A DNA stretch of 63,659 nucleotides, the filler included, from the NCBI GenBank assembly GCA_964501035.1. It is 3 parts of 3 records of this genome, joined end to end, with 100 filler letters (N's around TTAATTAATTAA, not from the genome) between each part and the next. Parts side by side here need not be neighbours in the genome. Positions count along the whole stretch, not along the records: positions 22,633 to 44,981 come from CAZCRK010000020.1; positions 45,082 to 63,659 come from CAZCRK010000028.1; 1 more part is not named here. The stretch is one strand, 5' to 3'. A program made the position numbers and the translations under genes. Below the pieces are notes generated by a model. It had not been told where the DNA came from, made no database searches, and saw only the letters and a list, made by a program, of their open reading frames with translations. Positions 40,501 to 49,677 of this stretch are shown one piece after another (the first letter of the stretch is position 1; each line of letters begins with the position of its first letter).

Positions 40501-42031
40501 TGCCTTTTGGGATGATTTAGAAACAGGAAGTAATGGTGAAGTATATGTGTATTCAACTAATCAATATGTTATTGTTCAATGGGATGGATTGAGAACCAAT
40601 TGGAGTAATGATAGCAATACGTTTCAAATGATTTTATACAATGATAATGCACAACCCAATGGTGATAATAATATCAAAATTCAGTATCAAGATTTCAACA
40701 ATACATCATCAGGAAGTTTTTCTTCCTATCCGCCAATTCATGGAAGTTATGCAACCATTGGGTTAGAAAATCAGTTATCAAATGATGGATTACAGTATTC
40801 ATATTATGATGAATATCCCATTCCTGCGATGGAGCTTGGAGATGGAACTGCATTATATATTACGACGCAACCACCTGTAGCTTTACCATCACCTCAATTA
40901 AACTACCAAGTTGGAGATACTGAATTTGAAATTGCAATTGATGAATCAGAAAGTTCCAGCTTAATAATAGAAAATACAGGCGAAGAAGGGTCAATCCTCT
41001 ACTATGATGTTTCAACGAGTTATCCTGATTTAGAATCTCCCTTTGAAATCTCAGGTGGTGGACCGGATGCATTTGGATATTTTTGGTCAGATAATACCAT
41101 AAGTAATGAACTATCGTACAATTGGTTTGATTTACCAAACGATGCAATACAACTATCATTTATTGGAAATGATGCAAGCACATCACTTTTGGATATTGGG
41201 TTTGATTTTTCATTTTATGGTGATGTGTATTCACAGTTTTTAGTTAATGCAAATGGTTGGGTAGGATTTGGTGAAGACAACAATGAATGGTATAATTCAA
41301 ATATTCCATCATCAGAGTACCCTAGACCAGCCATATTTGGTTTTTGGGATGATTTAAATCCAGTAAATGATAACTGTTCAGAAACGTGTGCAGGCAATGT
41401 GTATTATCATGGTAATTCTGACCGCCTCGTTATATGGTTTGACTCAGTAGTACATTGGACCTATGCATCAAGCTATTCATTCCAAATTGTAATTTATCCA
41501 AATGGTGAAATTGAAATTAATCATGCCAACATTGAAGGCGAATTTAGTGCAACTGTGGGTATCCAAAATGCAACAGGTACAATTGCATCACAAGTGGATG
41601 TTTATAATGGAAGTTATTTTGACAGTGAAATTTCATATAAATTTGAAAGACAATTTGTACCTACTAATTGGTTATCAATAGAATCAATAAGTGGTGATGG
41701 CTTTTCAGGTGAATTACTCTTTGGTGAATCTGCAGAATTTGGTATAATTATTGATGCAACCGATTTAATTGAAGGTGAATATGATTCATCTGTACTTGTA
41801 TCATCAAATCAAGATTCGGTAGAAATTCCATTTGCTTTAACAGTTACTTCTGATAGTTTGGTGTTGGGTGACCTAAATGGGGATACGACAATCGATGTGA
41901 TTGATATAGTACTCCTCGTATCAGTTATTTTAGATGGAACTGCTTTTAACCCAGCAGGTGACATAAATCAAGATGGTGTAAATAATGTGCTTGATGTCGT
42001 GCAATTAGTGGATATTATTTTAGAAGGATAA
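37535..42031 (+). CDS. Secreted C25 (gingipain-like) peptidase-family protein with propeptide, Ig-like domains and C-terminal dockerin
   Basis: Signal peptide; GFPKLP propeptide; PEYVALLGD, MGRMS, LTCGTGSF, NLIGDP; two GPDxxGY...FWDDL units; GDLNGD...DIVLLV...GDINQDG...DVVQLV dockerin. Confidence 0.88.
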   Translation: MLRTIVCMLTLPLTFLFAEINENFSLNSNRNDAISIEFNLDEIELIQTNGFTKIKSSTMGETSIIGFPKLPEYSTMVLLQPDREYEISYTVLESSTIENIDIIPNQPIENGLEKLTIDEMDEDLYYSKRAYPFENVIMTDPMVMRDVVVSNISIVPFSFKPQSRELEVYHSLELTITDIGPKEDIRRREMPKSKVFEDIYKNTIINYETNTSRDAYQQPAILYICSSNLENNQIFQQLVEWRRQRGYVVYTASTSETGSSTTSIKNYIENAYDNFNPPPEYVALLGDVGGTYSIPTYYEDYGHDSYGSDCEGDHLYSLLDGPDLLSEVLMGRMSIRSSSELSTVIYKILYYEQATYLDSYPDYYKNASMAGDPSTSGNSCAITKESIKELLDEHGFNDVDIKTSGNGWSSWMQNELSDGTLYFNYRGYLGMSGFSSSNVDNASSGWKLPFATILTCGTGSFAEDQTSMTEKFFRAGSVTNPKGGVGAIGTATWNTHTLFNNIVDLGIYDGIFADRVGTAGASLASGKLALYNTYPGNPYNWISAFTLWNNLIGDPATHLWTDTPQEFMVSHPTELHFGTNYLEVTVQDENGNPVENALVSMLKEHSVIAENGSTDAMGIALFGLDNDETNDITITVTKPDFKPYQYTLSIVQENLNVNLDSNQNIIINDGNDGIAQSGEYIELSIPLINLGIETVNGISATLSGNSDFVNIENTTVNYGSLAANTSSFGQNEFSLTISPMAEQYDNLDLVLSIEDDSGNTWSSLVPVDVSGILLSAVSFGYFEPGQNANVDITLQNSGLMDAVGVTGTLGFNGSQIEINDSNGAWGDIESGSSSNSINGFNVTFSESIVYGSQFTLILTLQTADGFSKTIPYNITVGHVRETDPLGPDQYGYYIYDSGDVDYELAPEYNWEDISSIGTNLNLSNSGNGNWSGNGPIAHVDLPFTFTFYGVDYNEISVCTNGWVSPGYSSAESFRNYPIPGAGGPTPMIAAFWDDLETGSNGEVYVYSTNQYVIVQWDGLRTNWSNDSNTFQMILYNDNAQPNGDNNIKIQYQDFNNTSSGSFSSYPPIHGSYATIGLENQLSNDGLQYSYYDEYPIPAMELGDGTALYITTQPPVALPSPQLNYQVGDTEFEIAIDESESSSLIIENTGEEGSILYYDVSTSYPDLESPFEISGGGPDAFGYFWSDNTISNELSYNWFDLPNDAIQLSFIGNDASTSLLDIGFDFSFYGDVYSQFLVNANGWVGFGEDNNEWYNSNIPSSEYPRPAIFGFWDDLNPVNDNCSETCAGNVYYHGNSDRLVIWFDSVVHWTYASSYSFQIVIYPNGEIEINHANIEGEFSATVGIQNATGTIASQVDVYNGSYFDSEISYKFERQFVPTNWLSIESISGDGFSGELLFGESAEFGIIIDATDLIEGEYDSSVLVSSNQDSVEIPFALTVTSDSLVLGDLNGDTTIDVIDIVLLVSVILDGTAFNPAGDINQDGVNNVLDVVQLVDIILEG

Positions 42032-42034
42032 ACT

Positions 42035-44887
42035 ATGAAAAATATAGCATTTGTTTTTTTATTAACATTCTCATTTTCACAAGTGATGATTAATGAGTAT
42101 TCTGCATCGAACTTATCGACTTATGTGGATAATTATGAAATGGAAGAAGATTGGATTGAATTATTCAATTCCAGTGATTCTGAAATAGATATAAGTGGTT
42201 ATTATTTGAGTGATAAAGTAGATAATCCAACGAAATGGGTCATACCAGGTGGTACGTTCATTCCAGCTCAAGGGTATTTAGTATTTTGGTGTTCAGGTCG
42301 AGATGAATCGTTTGGAGATAATTTTCATACTAATTTCAAGTTAAAACAAACAAAATTAACACCCGAACATGTTGTGTTTTCAAATCCAAATGGTGAGATA
42401 ATCAATGATTTTGAATTACAGAAAACACAATTGGAGCATTCGATGGGAAGAAGTCCAAACGGAACGGATAATTGGAGAATATTTGATGAACCATCACTAG
42501 GTGCTGAAAATGGTGAAGACAGTTATATTGCATATGCAGACACACCTGAATTTTCATTAGAAGCTGGATTTTATAACGGCACACAAACTCTTGAAATAAC
42601 AACTGAAAATCCAGATTTAAACGTAAAATATACTACAAATGGCAATGCTCCTCATTATTTTTCAACTTCGTATACTGGACCTATTTCTATTTCAGAAACA
42701 CAAATTGTTAAAGCAATTGCCTATTCGAGTGATTCGGAAGTGTTACCTAGTTTTTTCACATTTAGGACATTTTTTATTGATGAGAATCATTCGCTCCCAG
42801 TTTTATCAACATCTGCAAATAGTTTAACTGTATTACTAAATGGGAACCAGTCATTAAGACCTCATGGTACTATTGAGTATTTTGAAGATGGTGAACTCAA
42901 GGATTATGGATACGGTGAGTACAATAAACATGGTCAAGATTCATGGGCATTTCCACAACGAAGTTTTGATTATATTGCACGGGATGAAATGGGGTACCAT
43001 GATGCAATTCATGAAAAATTGATTTCTACATCTGAAAGAGATGAGTTCCAACGAATCATTATTAGAGCTTCTGGAGATGATAATTATCCTGGGATTGATT
43101 CAAGTGCTCATATGCGTGATGTGTTTATTCAAAAATTAGCGGACAAACATAAACTCAATGTGGATATGCGTCGTGGTGAACGCTGTGTTGTGTATGCAAA
43201 TGGTCAGTTTTGGGGGGTTTATTCAATTCGTGAAAAAGTCAGTGATTCTGATTATACAAAATATTATTACGGTCAAGATAAATATAACATCCAGTATTTA
43301 ATGAATTGGGGATATACCTGGGCTCAATATGGGGGACAACAAGCCTTTAATGATTGGGAAGAAATACATTCCTATGCAATGAGTCACGATTTATCTATTC
43401 AATCTTATTATGAGCATGTTGCAAATGAAATTGATGTAACAAGTTTGGTTGATTACATTCTGATAAACTCTTTTGTCGTTTGTACTGATTGGATAAATTG
43501 GAATACGTCGTGGTGGAGAGGACTTAATCCCGACGGTACACATAAAAAATGGGGATATGTGTTATGGGATGAAGATGCTACATTTAACCACTATATAAAC
43601 TATACAGGTGTCCCAAGTGAATTGCCAACTGCTTCACCCTGTTACCCAGAAGGTATTACGGCAGATCCAGAACATCATATTGATTTACTTAATAAACTTC
43701 TTGAAAATGATGAATTTGAACAATATTATGTTACTCGATATATGGACCTAATGAATACTGCTTTTCAAGAAGAAAGTATGATCTCGTTATTGGAAGAAAT
43801 TGAAGATTCTATTTCACCTGAAATGCCACAACATTTTCAACGTTGGGGTGGAAACATGTTTCAGTGGCAAACCAATGTAGAAAAAATAAAACAGTTTATT
43901 CGGGATAGAATTGAATACATTCCAACTGGTTTAAATTCGTGTTATAATTTGGATGGACCTTACGAACTAACACTTCAGGTAGAACCAGAATATTCGGGTC
44001 AGATTAAAATAAATTCACTTACCATTGAAAATGATGCATATCCTTGGACTGGAATGTATCACGGTGGAATAGATATTCTTTTGGGAGTAGTGGACGAGAG
44101 TAATTTTGATCATTGGGAAATCAATAACCATCTAGTAAATGATAATTTTTCAACCAATATCGTATTAAGTTTACTTAATAGTGATGTAATTAAAGCGGTT
44201 TTCTCATCTGTTGAACCCTTAGATATTATCATCAATGAAATCAATTATAATAGTTCAGATGATTTTAATCCTGAAGATTGGGTAGAAATAATGAATCCAA
44301 CATCAGAAGAACAAGATATTTCAGGTTGGTTGTTTAAGGATGAATCAAATGACCATGTTTTTACAATTCCTGATGGTATAACACTTTCTCCAAATGAATA
44401 TTTAGTTCTTTGTAAAGATTCCCAGGCATTTTCCAATCTTTTTCCAAATGTAGATAATTATGTTGGAGATTTGGGCTTTGGTTTAAGTGGGGGTGGTGAA
44501 CTCATCAGATTGTTTAATGCAGAGGGGGTTTTGATTGACCAAGTTGAGTATGATGATGATTTTCCATGGCCAATAGAAGCAGATGGCGAAGGTGCAACTC
44601 TTGAATTAATTTCACCTACTGTGGATAACCAACTTGCTGAAAATTGGCTAGCATCCATAGGTCACGGAACCCCGGGTCAGGCCAACTCTAACACTGGGTG
44701 TGTAAATACGTTGGGAGATGTTAATGAAGATGGAAGCCATAATGTTTTAGATATTGTTTTAATGGTTGCAATAATTTTAGGAGATGAACCAACAGAATGC
44801 CAGTTGAATGCAGTTGATTTAAACCAAGATGGACAAAACAATGTTTTAGATGTTGTACTTTTAGTTAATTTAATTTTAGATATTTAA
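42035..44887 (+). CDS. Secreted CotH-kinase-family protein with lamin-tail domains and C-terminal dockerin
   Basis: VMINEY..DWIEL and IIINEIN..DWVEI lamin-tail domains; YTTNGNAP; NGQFWGVYSIREK, DW..WN, LWDEDATF; GDVNEDG...DLNQDG dockerin. Confidence 0.88.
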   Translation: MKNIAFVFLLTFSFSQVMINEYSASNLSTYVDNYEMEEDWIELFNSSDSEIDISGYYLSDKVDNPTKWVIPGGTFIPAQGYLVFWCSGRDESFGDNFHTNFKLKQTKLTPEHVVFSNPNGEIINDFELQKTQLEHSMGRSPNGTDNWRIFDEPSLGAENGEDSYIAYADTPEFSLEAGFYNGTQTLEITTENPDLNVKYTTNGNAPHYFSTSYTGPISISETQIVKAIAYSSDSEVLPSFFTFRTFFIDENHSLPVLSTSANSLTVLLNGNQSLRPHGTIEYFEDGELKDYGYGEYNKHGQDSWAFPQRSFDYIARDEMGYHDAIHEKLISTSERDEFQRIIIRASGDDNYPGIDSSAHMRDVFIQKLADKHKLNVDMRRGERCVVYANGQFWGVYSIREKVSDSDYTKYYYGQDKYNIQYLMNWGYTWAQYGGQQAFNDWEEIHSYAMSHDLSIQSYYEHVANEIDVTSLVDYILINSFVVCTDWINWNTSWWRGLNPDGTHKKWGYVLWDEDATFNHYINYTGVPSELPTASPCYPEGITADPEHHIDLLNKLLENDEFEQYYVTRYMDLMNTAFQEESMISLLEEIEDSISPEMPQHFQRWGGNMFQWQTNVEKIKQFIRDRIEYIPTGLNSCYNLDGPYELTLQVEPEYSGQIKINSLTIENDAYPWTGMYHGGIDILLGVVDESNFDHWEINNHLVNDNFSTNIVLSLLNSDVIKAVFSSVEPLDIIINEINYNSSDDFNPEDWVEIMNPTSEEQDISGWLFKDESNDHVFTIPDGITLSPNEYLVLCKDSQAFSNLFPNVDNYVGDLGFGLSGGGELIRLFNAEGVLIDQVEYDDDFPWPIEADGEGATLELISPTVDNQLAENWLASIGHGTPGQANSNTGCVNTLGDVNEDGSHNVLDIVLMVAIILGDEPTECQLNAVDLNQDGQNNVLDVVLLVNLILDI

Positions 44888-44926
44888 ATATGAACCCAAC
44901 AAACCATTCAAAATAATTATTAGTAT

Positions 44927-44981
44927 ATGATTAAACTATCTAAAGAAAATACAGATAAAATTGTAAGTGAAATTCAAGAAT
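44927..44981 (+). CDS. Partial ORF, possibly DUF2164 family N-terminus
   Basis: MIKLSKENTDKIVSEIQE, cut by the contig end. Confidence 0.35.
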
Positions 44982-45081
44982 NNNNNNNNNNNNNNNNNNN
45001 NNNNNNNNNNNNNNNNNNNNNNNNNTTAATTAATTAANNNNNNNNNNNNNNNNNNNNNNNNNNNNNNNNNNNNNNNNNNNN
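44982..45081. other. Artificial contig linker (N44-TTAATTAATTAA-N44)
   Basis: Same linker as at 22533. Confidence 0.95.
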
Positions 45082-45142
45082 GAGAACTAACAAATGTTGC
45101 TTAACTTTAACTCAACTTTTTCGTATAAAGTCCAGGACTGGA

Positions 45143-46549
45143 ATGACCAATGAGATTGAGAGTCCACCCACCCCATCAGAATTATCCCCAATAGTGTATG
45201 AAAATGGTTCATTTATTATCACTTGGTCACAGAATGATGATGATGATTTTCAATCTTATACATTGATAGAGTTAGATTCAGAAGATATGAGTAACTATCA
45301 AGAAATATTGACTACTGAAGACCAAACAGATACGAGTTACTCTCGTTCTATTGAAATTGGAGTTATTAAGTATTATCAGGTTATTACAGAAGATATATGG
45401 GAGTTACAATCCGTTAGTAATATAGAGATAGGTAGTTCATTTATTCAGTTTGTTCAAACCTTTGGTGGAAGTAGTAGTGACTTTGGTCGTTCCGTTCAAC
45501 AAACAGAAGATGGTGGGTATATTATTACTGGGTATACATCTTCTTTCGGAAATGGTAGTAATGATGTCTGGTTAATTAAGACAGACTCCCAAGGACAAGA
45601 AGAATGGAATCAGACCTTTGGTGGAAGTGATTTTGACTATGGTTTTTCCGTTCAACAAACAGAAGATGGTGGGTATATCATTACGGGGTATACATATTCT
45701 TACGGAAACGGTGGGAGTGATGTCTGGTTAATCAAGACAGACAATCAAGGACAAGAAGAATGGAACCAGACCTTTGGTGGAAGTAGTCATGACAGGGGTT
45801 ATTCCATTCAACAAACAGAAGATGGTGGGTATATCATTACAGGGGAAACATATTCTTACGGAAATGGTGATTATGATGTCTGGTTAATCAAGACAGACTC
45901 CCAAGGACAGGAAGAATGGAATCAGACCTTTGGTGGAAGTGATAGTGACTGGGGTTCGTCCGTTCAACAAACAGAAGATGGTGGATATATCATAACAGGG
46001 AATACATCTTCTTTCGGAAATGGTGGTGATGTCTGGTTAATCAAGACAGACAATCAAGGACAAGAAGAATGGAATCAGACCTATGGGGGAAGTAGTTGGG
46101 ACTATGGTAGGTCCGTTCAACAAACAGAAGATGGTGGTTATATCATTACTGGGTATACAGAATCTTACGGAAATGGTAATTATGACGTCTGGTTAATCAA
46201 GACAGACTCCCAAGGACAGGAAGAATGGAACCAAACCTTTGGTGGAAGTAGTAGTGACTGGGGTTCGTCCGTTCAACAAACTTCAGATGGTGGATATATT
46301 ATTACAGGGCAAACATATTCTTACGGAAATGGTGATGATGTCTGGTTAATCAAGACAGACTCCCAAGGACAGGAAGAATGGAATCAGACCTTTGGTGGAA
46401 GTGATAGTGACTGGGGTTATTCCGTTCAACAAACTTCTGATGGTGGGTATATCATTACAGGGTATACACGTTCTTACGGAAATGGTAATAATGATGTCTG
46501 GTTAATCAAAACAGACTCGGAAGGGAATACAGTACCTTATGGTGAGTAA
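45143..46549 (+). CDS. Fn3-like domain plus seven-repeat beta-propeller-like protein, probably 5'-truncated
   Basis: Seven 51-52 aa repeats [52 protein letters not shown]. No signal peptide; the frame is open back to the contig start. Confidence 0.85.
   Translation: MTNEIESPPTPSELSPIVYENGSFIITWSQNDDDDFQSYTLIELDSEDMSNYQEILTTEDQTDTSYSRSIEIGVIKYYQVITEDIWELQSVSNIEIGSSFIQFVQTFGGSSSDFGRSVQQTEDGGYIITGYTSSFGNGSNDVWLIKTDSQGQEEWNQTFGGSDFDYGFSVQQTEDGGYIITGYTYSYGNGGSDVWLIKTDNQGQEEWNQTFGGSSHDRGYSIQQTEDGGYIITGETYSYGNGDYDVWLIKTDSQGQEEWNQTFGGSDSDWGSSVQQTEDGGYIITGNTSSFGNGGDVWLIKTDNQGQEEWNQTYGGSSWDYGRSVQQTEDGGYIITGYTESYGNGNYDVWLIKTDSQGQEEWNQTFGGSSSDWGSSVQQTSDGGYIITGQTYSYGNGDDVWLIKTDSQGQEEWNQTFGGSDSDWGYSVQQTSDGGYIITGYTRSYGNGNNDVWLIKTDSEGNTVPYGE
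45458..46523 (+). repeat. Seven tandem 153-156 bp coding repeats
   Basis: Recurrent GATGTCTGGTTAATCAAGACAGAC and CCGTTCAACAAACAGAAGATGGTGG blocks. Confidence 0.92.
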
Positions 46550-46678
46550 ACACCACACATGAGGGTGTAAGATTTTTTGTGTAAACAGCATTTTTCATTT
46601 GTAAGACAAATGTTAATCTTTAAAAAAATCATAAAGAGGTCATCATTTTCAGTTATTATTTTTGATTAAATTCCCCGT

Positions 46679-46936
46679 GTGAGTTACCTCCTTTTCACCA
46701 TCATTAACAATGGTTTCAATCTGATCCAAATATTGATTCTAATCCGGGTTATCTTGAGTTGGATACCCCATGATCCTTACAACCAACTCATCCAACTCCT
46801 TTACCAAATAACGGAACCGATCCTGAAACCTATCCGGGAACTGTTGCCTCTCCAGAGCGCAGGGATGGATTTTTCTCCCATTTTAGCATTTTTTATGTTG
46901 GGTGTTTTGAAAAAGTTGTTATTGTCCGTTGTATGA
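46679..46936 (+). CDS. yggT: YggT family membrane protein
   Basis: IRVILSW...LYQITEPILKPIR...MDFSPILA. Confidence 0.9.
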   Translation: MSYLLFTIINNGFNLIQILILIRVILSWIPHDPYNQLIQLLYQITEPILKPIRELLPLQSAGMDFSPILAFFMLGVLKKLLLSVV

Positions 46937-46946
46937 TTGTTGAATC

Positions 46947-47336
46947 ATGAAAAAAAGAATTTCAATGTCACGCCATCAGGCTGTTCATATTTTGTTAATA
47001 ATATTTCTTATTTCGGGTTCGCCGTTAATCATCTATGGAAATGAAAGCAATACTCCATCAACGCAAAAAGATGAATGGATCGCCATTGATAAAGTCCAGC
47101 ATTTTTCCTATAGCTGCCTCATCGCATTGGGATTTCAATATGTTTTGGTCAATAAAGTGGACATGGAAGAACAATCAGCACTGCCGGTTTCGTTGGGTCT
47201 CAGTTTTACTGCAGGATTCACCAAGGAGATTCACGACAGCAAACGTAAACATGGTTTCTTTAGCAAAAAAGATCTTGTGGCAAATGGGTTGGGCCTCATA
47301 ACGGCCGGTATGATCATTCTATATCCATCAAATTGA
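46947..47336 (+). CDS. YfiM/DUF2279-like membrane protein
   Basis: DEWIAIDKVQHF, GFTKEIHD, FSKKDLVANGLG. Confidence 0.7.
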   Translation: MKKRISMSRHQAVHILLIIFLISGSPLIIYGNESNTPSTQKDEWIAIDKVQHFSYSCLIALGFQYVLVNKVDMEEQSALPVSLGLSFTAGFTKEIHDSKRKHGFFSKKDLVANGLGLITAGMIILYPSN

Positions 47337-47369
47337 ATCACCAAATCCTGAACAGGTATTAGCCATAAA

Positions 47370-47972
47370 ATGATTGTCCCAAAACAAAAACCATTTTCTT
47401 TTAAACATATTGAAATCATAACCATGGTTTTAACAAAACTTTACTTTTTACGAGATGCCTTGAACCATTTCGGGGAAGAAACCGGGATGCGGCAAAATGA
47501 TAAAGAAAATGAAACGGTAAAATATGAACTTTGGAAAAAAGAAATTGCCTTAGACAATTACACTCATGACAAAATTTTGGTGCATTATTTTATCGATCGG
47601 ATCAATTACCATATTAGGCTTCAAAAGAATATCAAAAAAACATTTAAACTAGATTATAAAACAAATCCGTTTTTGAAAACTGAATTCCACAATTCAACCA
47701 ATGAAACATCACTATTCAATTTTTGGTTGAATGAAAAATTTGAAGGCTCCTCTCCCCTTGACGATTCACATATCCAAAAAATTATAGACATAGACCAACA
47801 TGTATTCCTGAATGATGAAACAATGGATCCAAAATATCTCATGGAAGAAGGGAACAGAATTTGGAGTGACTATAAATTCAATGAGTCCTATTCTCTCCCA
47901 AAAATGAACCGATTATCTGACTATAAATACACCGAATTAAAGGCCACTAAAAAAGAAGACAATAAAACCTAA
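47370..47972 (+). CDS. Hypothetical protein
   Basis: 200-aa ORF co-oriented with its neighbours; no motif recognised. Confidence 0.55.
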   Translation: MIVPKQKPFSFKHIEIITMVLTKLYFLRDALNHFGEETGMRQNDKENETVKYELWKKEIALDNYTHDKILVHYFIDRINYHIRLQKNIKKTFKLDYKTNPFLKTEFHNSTNETSLFNFWLNEKFEGSSPLDDSHIQKIIDIDQHVFLNDETMDPKYLMEEGNRIWSDYKFNESYSLPKMNRLSDYKYTELKATKKEDNKT

Positions 47973-48011
47973 TGTTATTAGATTCCAATAGAATATGAAA
48001 AGGAGACCCGA

Positions 48012-48197
48012 ATGAAAGTAAAAGTATTTGAAATTGTAAAGAGCGGTTTAGCGCCTCTGAGTCAGGAAATTGAAGAAACGATACAACAATGGTTAGATGA
48101 AAATCCGGGCATCGAACTTATTGGGACATCCCAATCCCAACATCTAAGGGAGAATACGGTTTTTGTTACCATTTTTTACAGAAAGGGAAAAGGATAA
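48012..48197 (+). CDS. Small hypothetical protein
   Basis: RBS AGGAG; MKVKVF...IEETIQQWLDENP...VTIFY. Confidence 0.65.
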   Translation: MKVKVFEIVKSGLAPLSQEIEETIQQWLDENPGIELIGTSQSQHLRENTVFVTIFYRKGKG

Positions 48198-48268
48198 ATA
48201 AAGGTTGTTTTCTATCTCAATAAATTATTCTACATTATGGCATTCAAAACCCTAAAAAAGGAGTCACC

Positions 48269-48661
48269 ATGCTAAAAAAATACATATCAATCAGCATCTT
48301 AACCTTATTTGCCATGAATCTGATCTATGCCGGATGTGGTTCGTGTAATGTACATAAGAAAAAAGCAACCACTGAAACAAGTCAATATGAACACATTGGT
48401 ACTGTTCCTGAAAATGGGATTGTAAAAGGATTTGTCCTCGCCTCTTGTTCAATGTGTAACTTTGATTCAAAAGATAAAAAAGAATGCAGTTTGGGAATAA
48501 AAATTGGTGAAACAACCTATGATGTGAAAGGCACAACTATCAGTGATCACGGTGATATGCACGCAGCAGACGGATTTTGCAGTACCGTCCGGACAGCATC
48601 TGTTCTTGGGAAAGTGATGGATGACATTATAATTGTCGAATCCTTTGAGCTCCAAAAATAA
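48269..48661 (+). CDS. Secreted Cys/His-rich protein (DUF6370-like)
   Basis: RBS AGGAG; signal peptide; SCSMCNF, CSLGIKI, DHGDMHAADGFC. Confidence 0.7.
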   Translation: MLKKYISISILTLFAMNLIYAGCGSCNVHKKKATTETSQYEHIGTVPENGIVKGFVLASCSMCNFDSKDKKECSLGIKIGETTYDVKGTTISDHGDMHAADGFCSTVRTASVLGKVMDDIIIVESFELQK

Positions 48662-48681
48662 TTAATCCAATTTCAACTATT

Positions 48682-48728
48682 AAAACCCTGCTTTACCTTT
48701 TTACTTAAGAGATTTAGCAGGGTTTTTT
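48682..48728 (+). terminator. Probable intrinsic terminator
   Basis: AAAACCCTGCT ... AGCAGGGTTTT followed by T's; long loop. Confidence 0.55.
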
Positions 48729-48772
48729 GATACAGCCAGTTGGACCATTTTCAATAAAGATATTTTAAAAAA

Positions 48773-49195
48773 ATGATGAAACAAATTTTTATAATACTCC
48801 TATTGATAAGCATTTGCTTCCCAAAGACCAAATTCTCTGACCAACAAGTCGCCTCCATGATTCCTCGGTATTTCTCAAGGGATCATTATGCACCTCCATT
48901 GACCCGAACACGCATTTATGCTGAAGATGGAAAAAAAGTTTTACATTTGGAGATTCAGGTGAATCGAAGTCGTTATGAAGGTCAAATGGAATATGCGTTA
49001 TCAGCCATGGCCAGTGTGGGGCATTATGCGAAGAGACCCTTTGATAAATTCGTATTGATCATGGAACCAGACAACCGCAATTCAGATACAGAATTGGTAG
49101 AAGCCAAGGCCAAATGTACCATTGATCATTTTGTTTTTAAGCGGGTGAAATATGACCGCTGGATTGGTAAATGCGTCAACCTGACAAAAATTTAA
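48773..49195 (+). CDS. Hypothetical exported protein
   Basis: Signal-peptide-like N-terminus; 140 aa. Confidence 0.65.
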   Translation: MMKQIFIILLLISICFPKTKFSDQQVASMIPRYFSRDHYAPPLTRTRIYAEDGKKVLHLEIQVNRSRYEGQMEYALSAMASVGHYAKRPFDKFVLIMEPDNRNSDTELVEAKAKCTIDHFVFKRVKYDRWIGKCVNLTKI

Positions 49196-49677
49196 TTTTT
49201 TCTTTGGGATTGGAAAAATTCTTGTAGAAGCGCTGTACATTTTTCTTTCTCCACGCCGCCCTTTACCGCTGTATTACTATCCAGGCGGCGATCGCCGCAT
49301 AATTGATACAATGAGCCGCAACACCCTTTTTCCTCATCATAAGCGCCAAATATCAACAAGGAAACTCGGGCATTGATAATAGCACCGGCACACATGGGAC
49401 ACGGTTCTTTGGTGACATAAAGTGTACAATCATTCAATCGCCAATCTTTCAACGTTCCTGCGGCGGCTGTTATTGCCAAGACTTCTGCGTGGGCGGTGGG
49501 ATCATTTAGACGTTCTGGCTGATTATAGCCTCGTCCGATTATTTTTCCCTCTTTAACAACAATCGCGCCAACGGGAACTTCTCCCTCATGAAATGCTTTG
49601 TCGGCTAAACGAAGTGCCTCCTTCATCCAAAATTCATCATTTTTCTTGGATGGGAAGAGATCGCTTAAATCTGACAT
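49192..49677 (-). CDS. tadA: tRNA adenosine(34) deaminase
   Basis: GEVPVGA, DPTAHAE, LYVTKEPCPMCAGA. Confidence 0.95.
   Translation of the reverse strand: MSDLSDLFPSKKNDEFWMKEALRLADKAFHEGEVPVGAIVVKEGKIIGRGYNQPERLNDPTAHAEVLAITAAAGTLKDWRLNDCTLYVTKEPCPMCAGAIINARVSLLIFGAYDEEKGCCGSLYQLCGDRRLDSNTAVKGGVEKEKCTALLQEFFQSQRKN

Noticed and set aside
45458..46523. Tandem repeats with variable segments as a CRISPR array or DGR target
   Set aside because: Repeats are in-frame coding units of 153-156 bp without unique spacers. No cas gene, reverse transcriptase or template repeat is seen, and variation is not adenine-specific.
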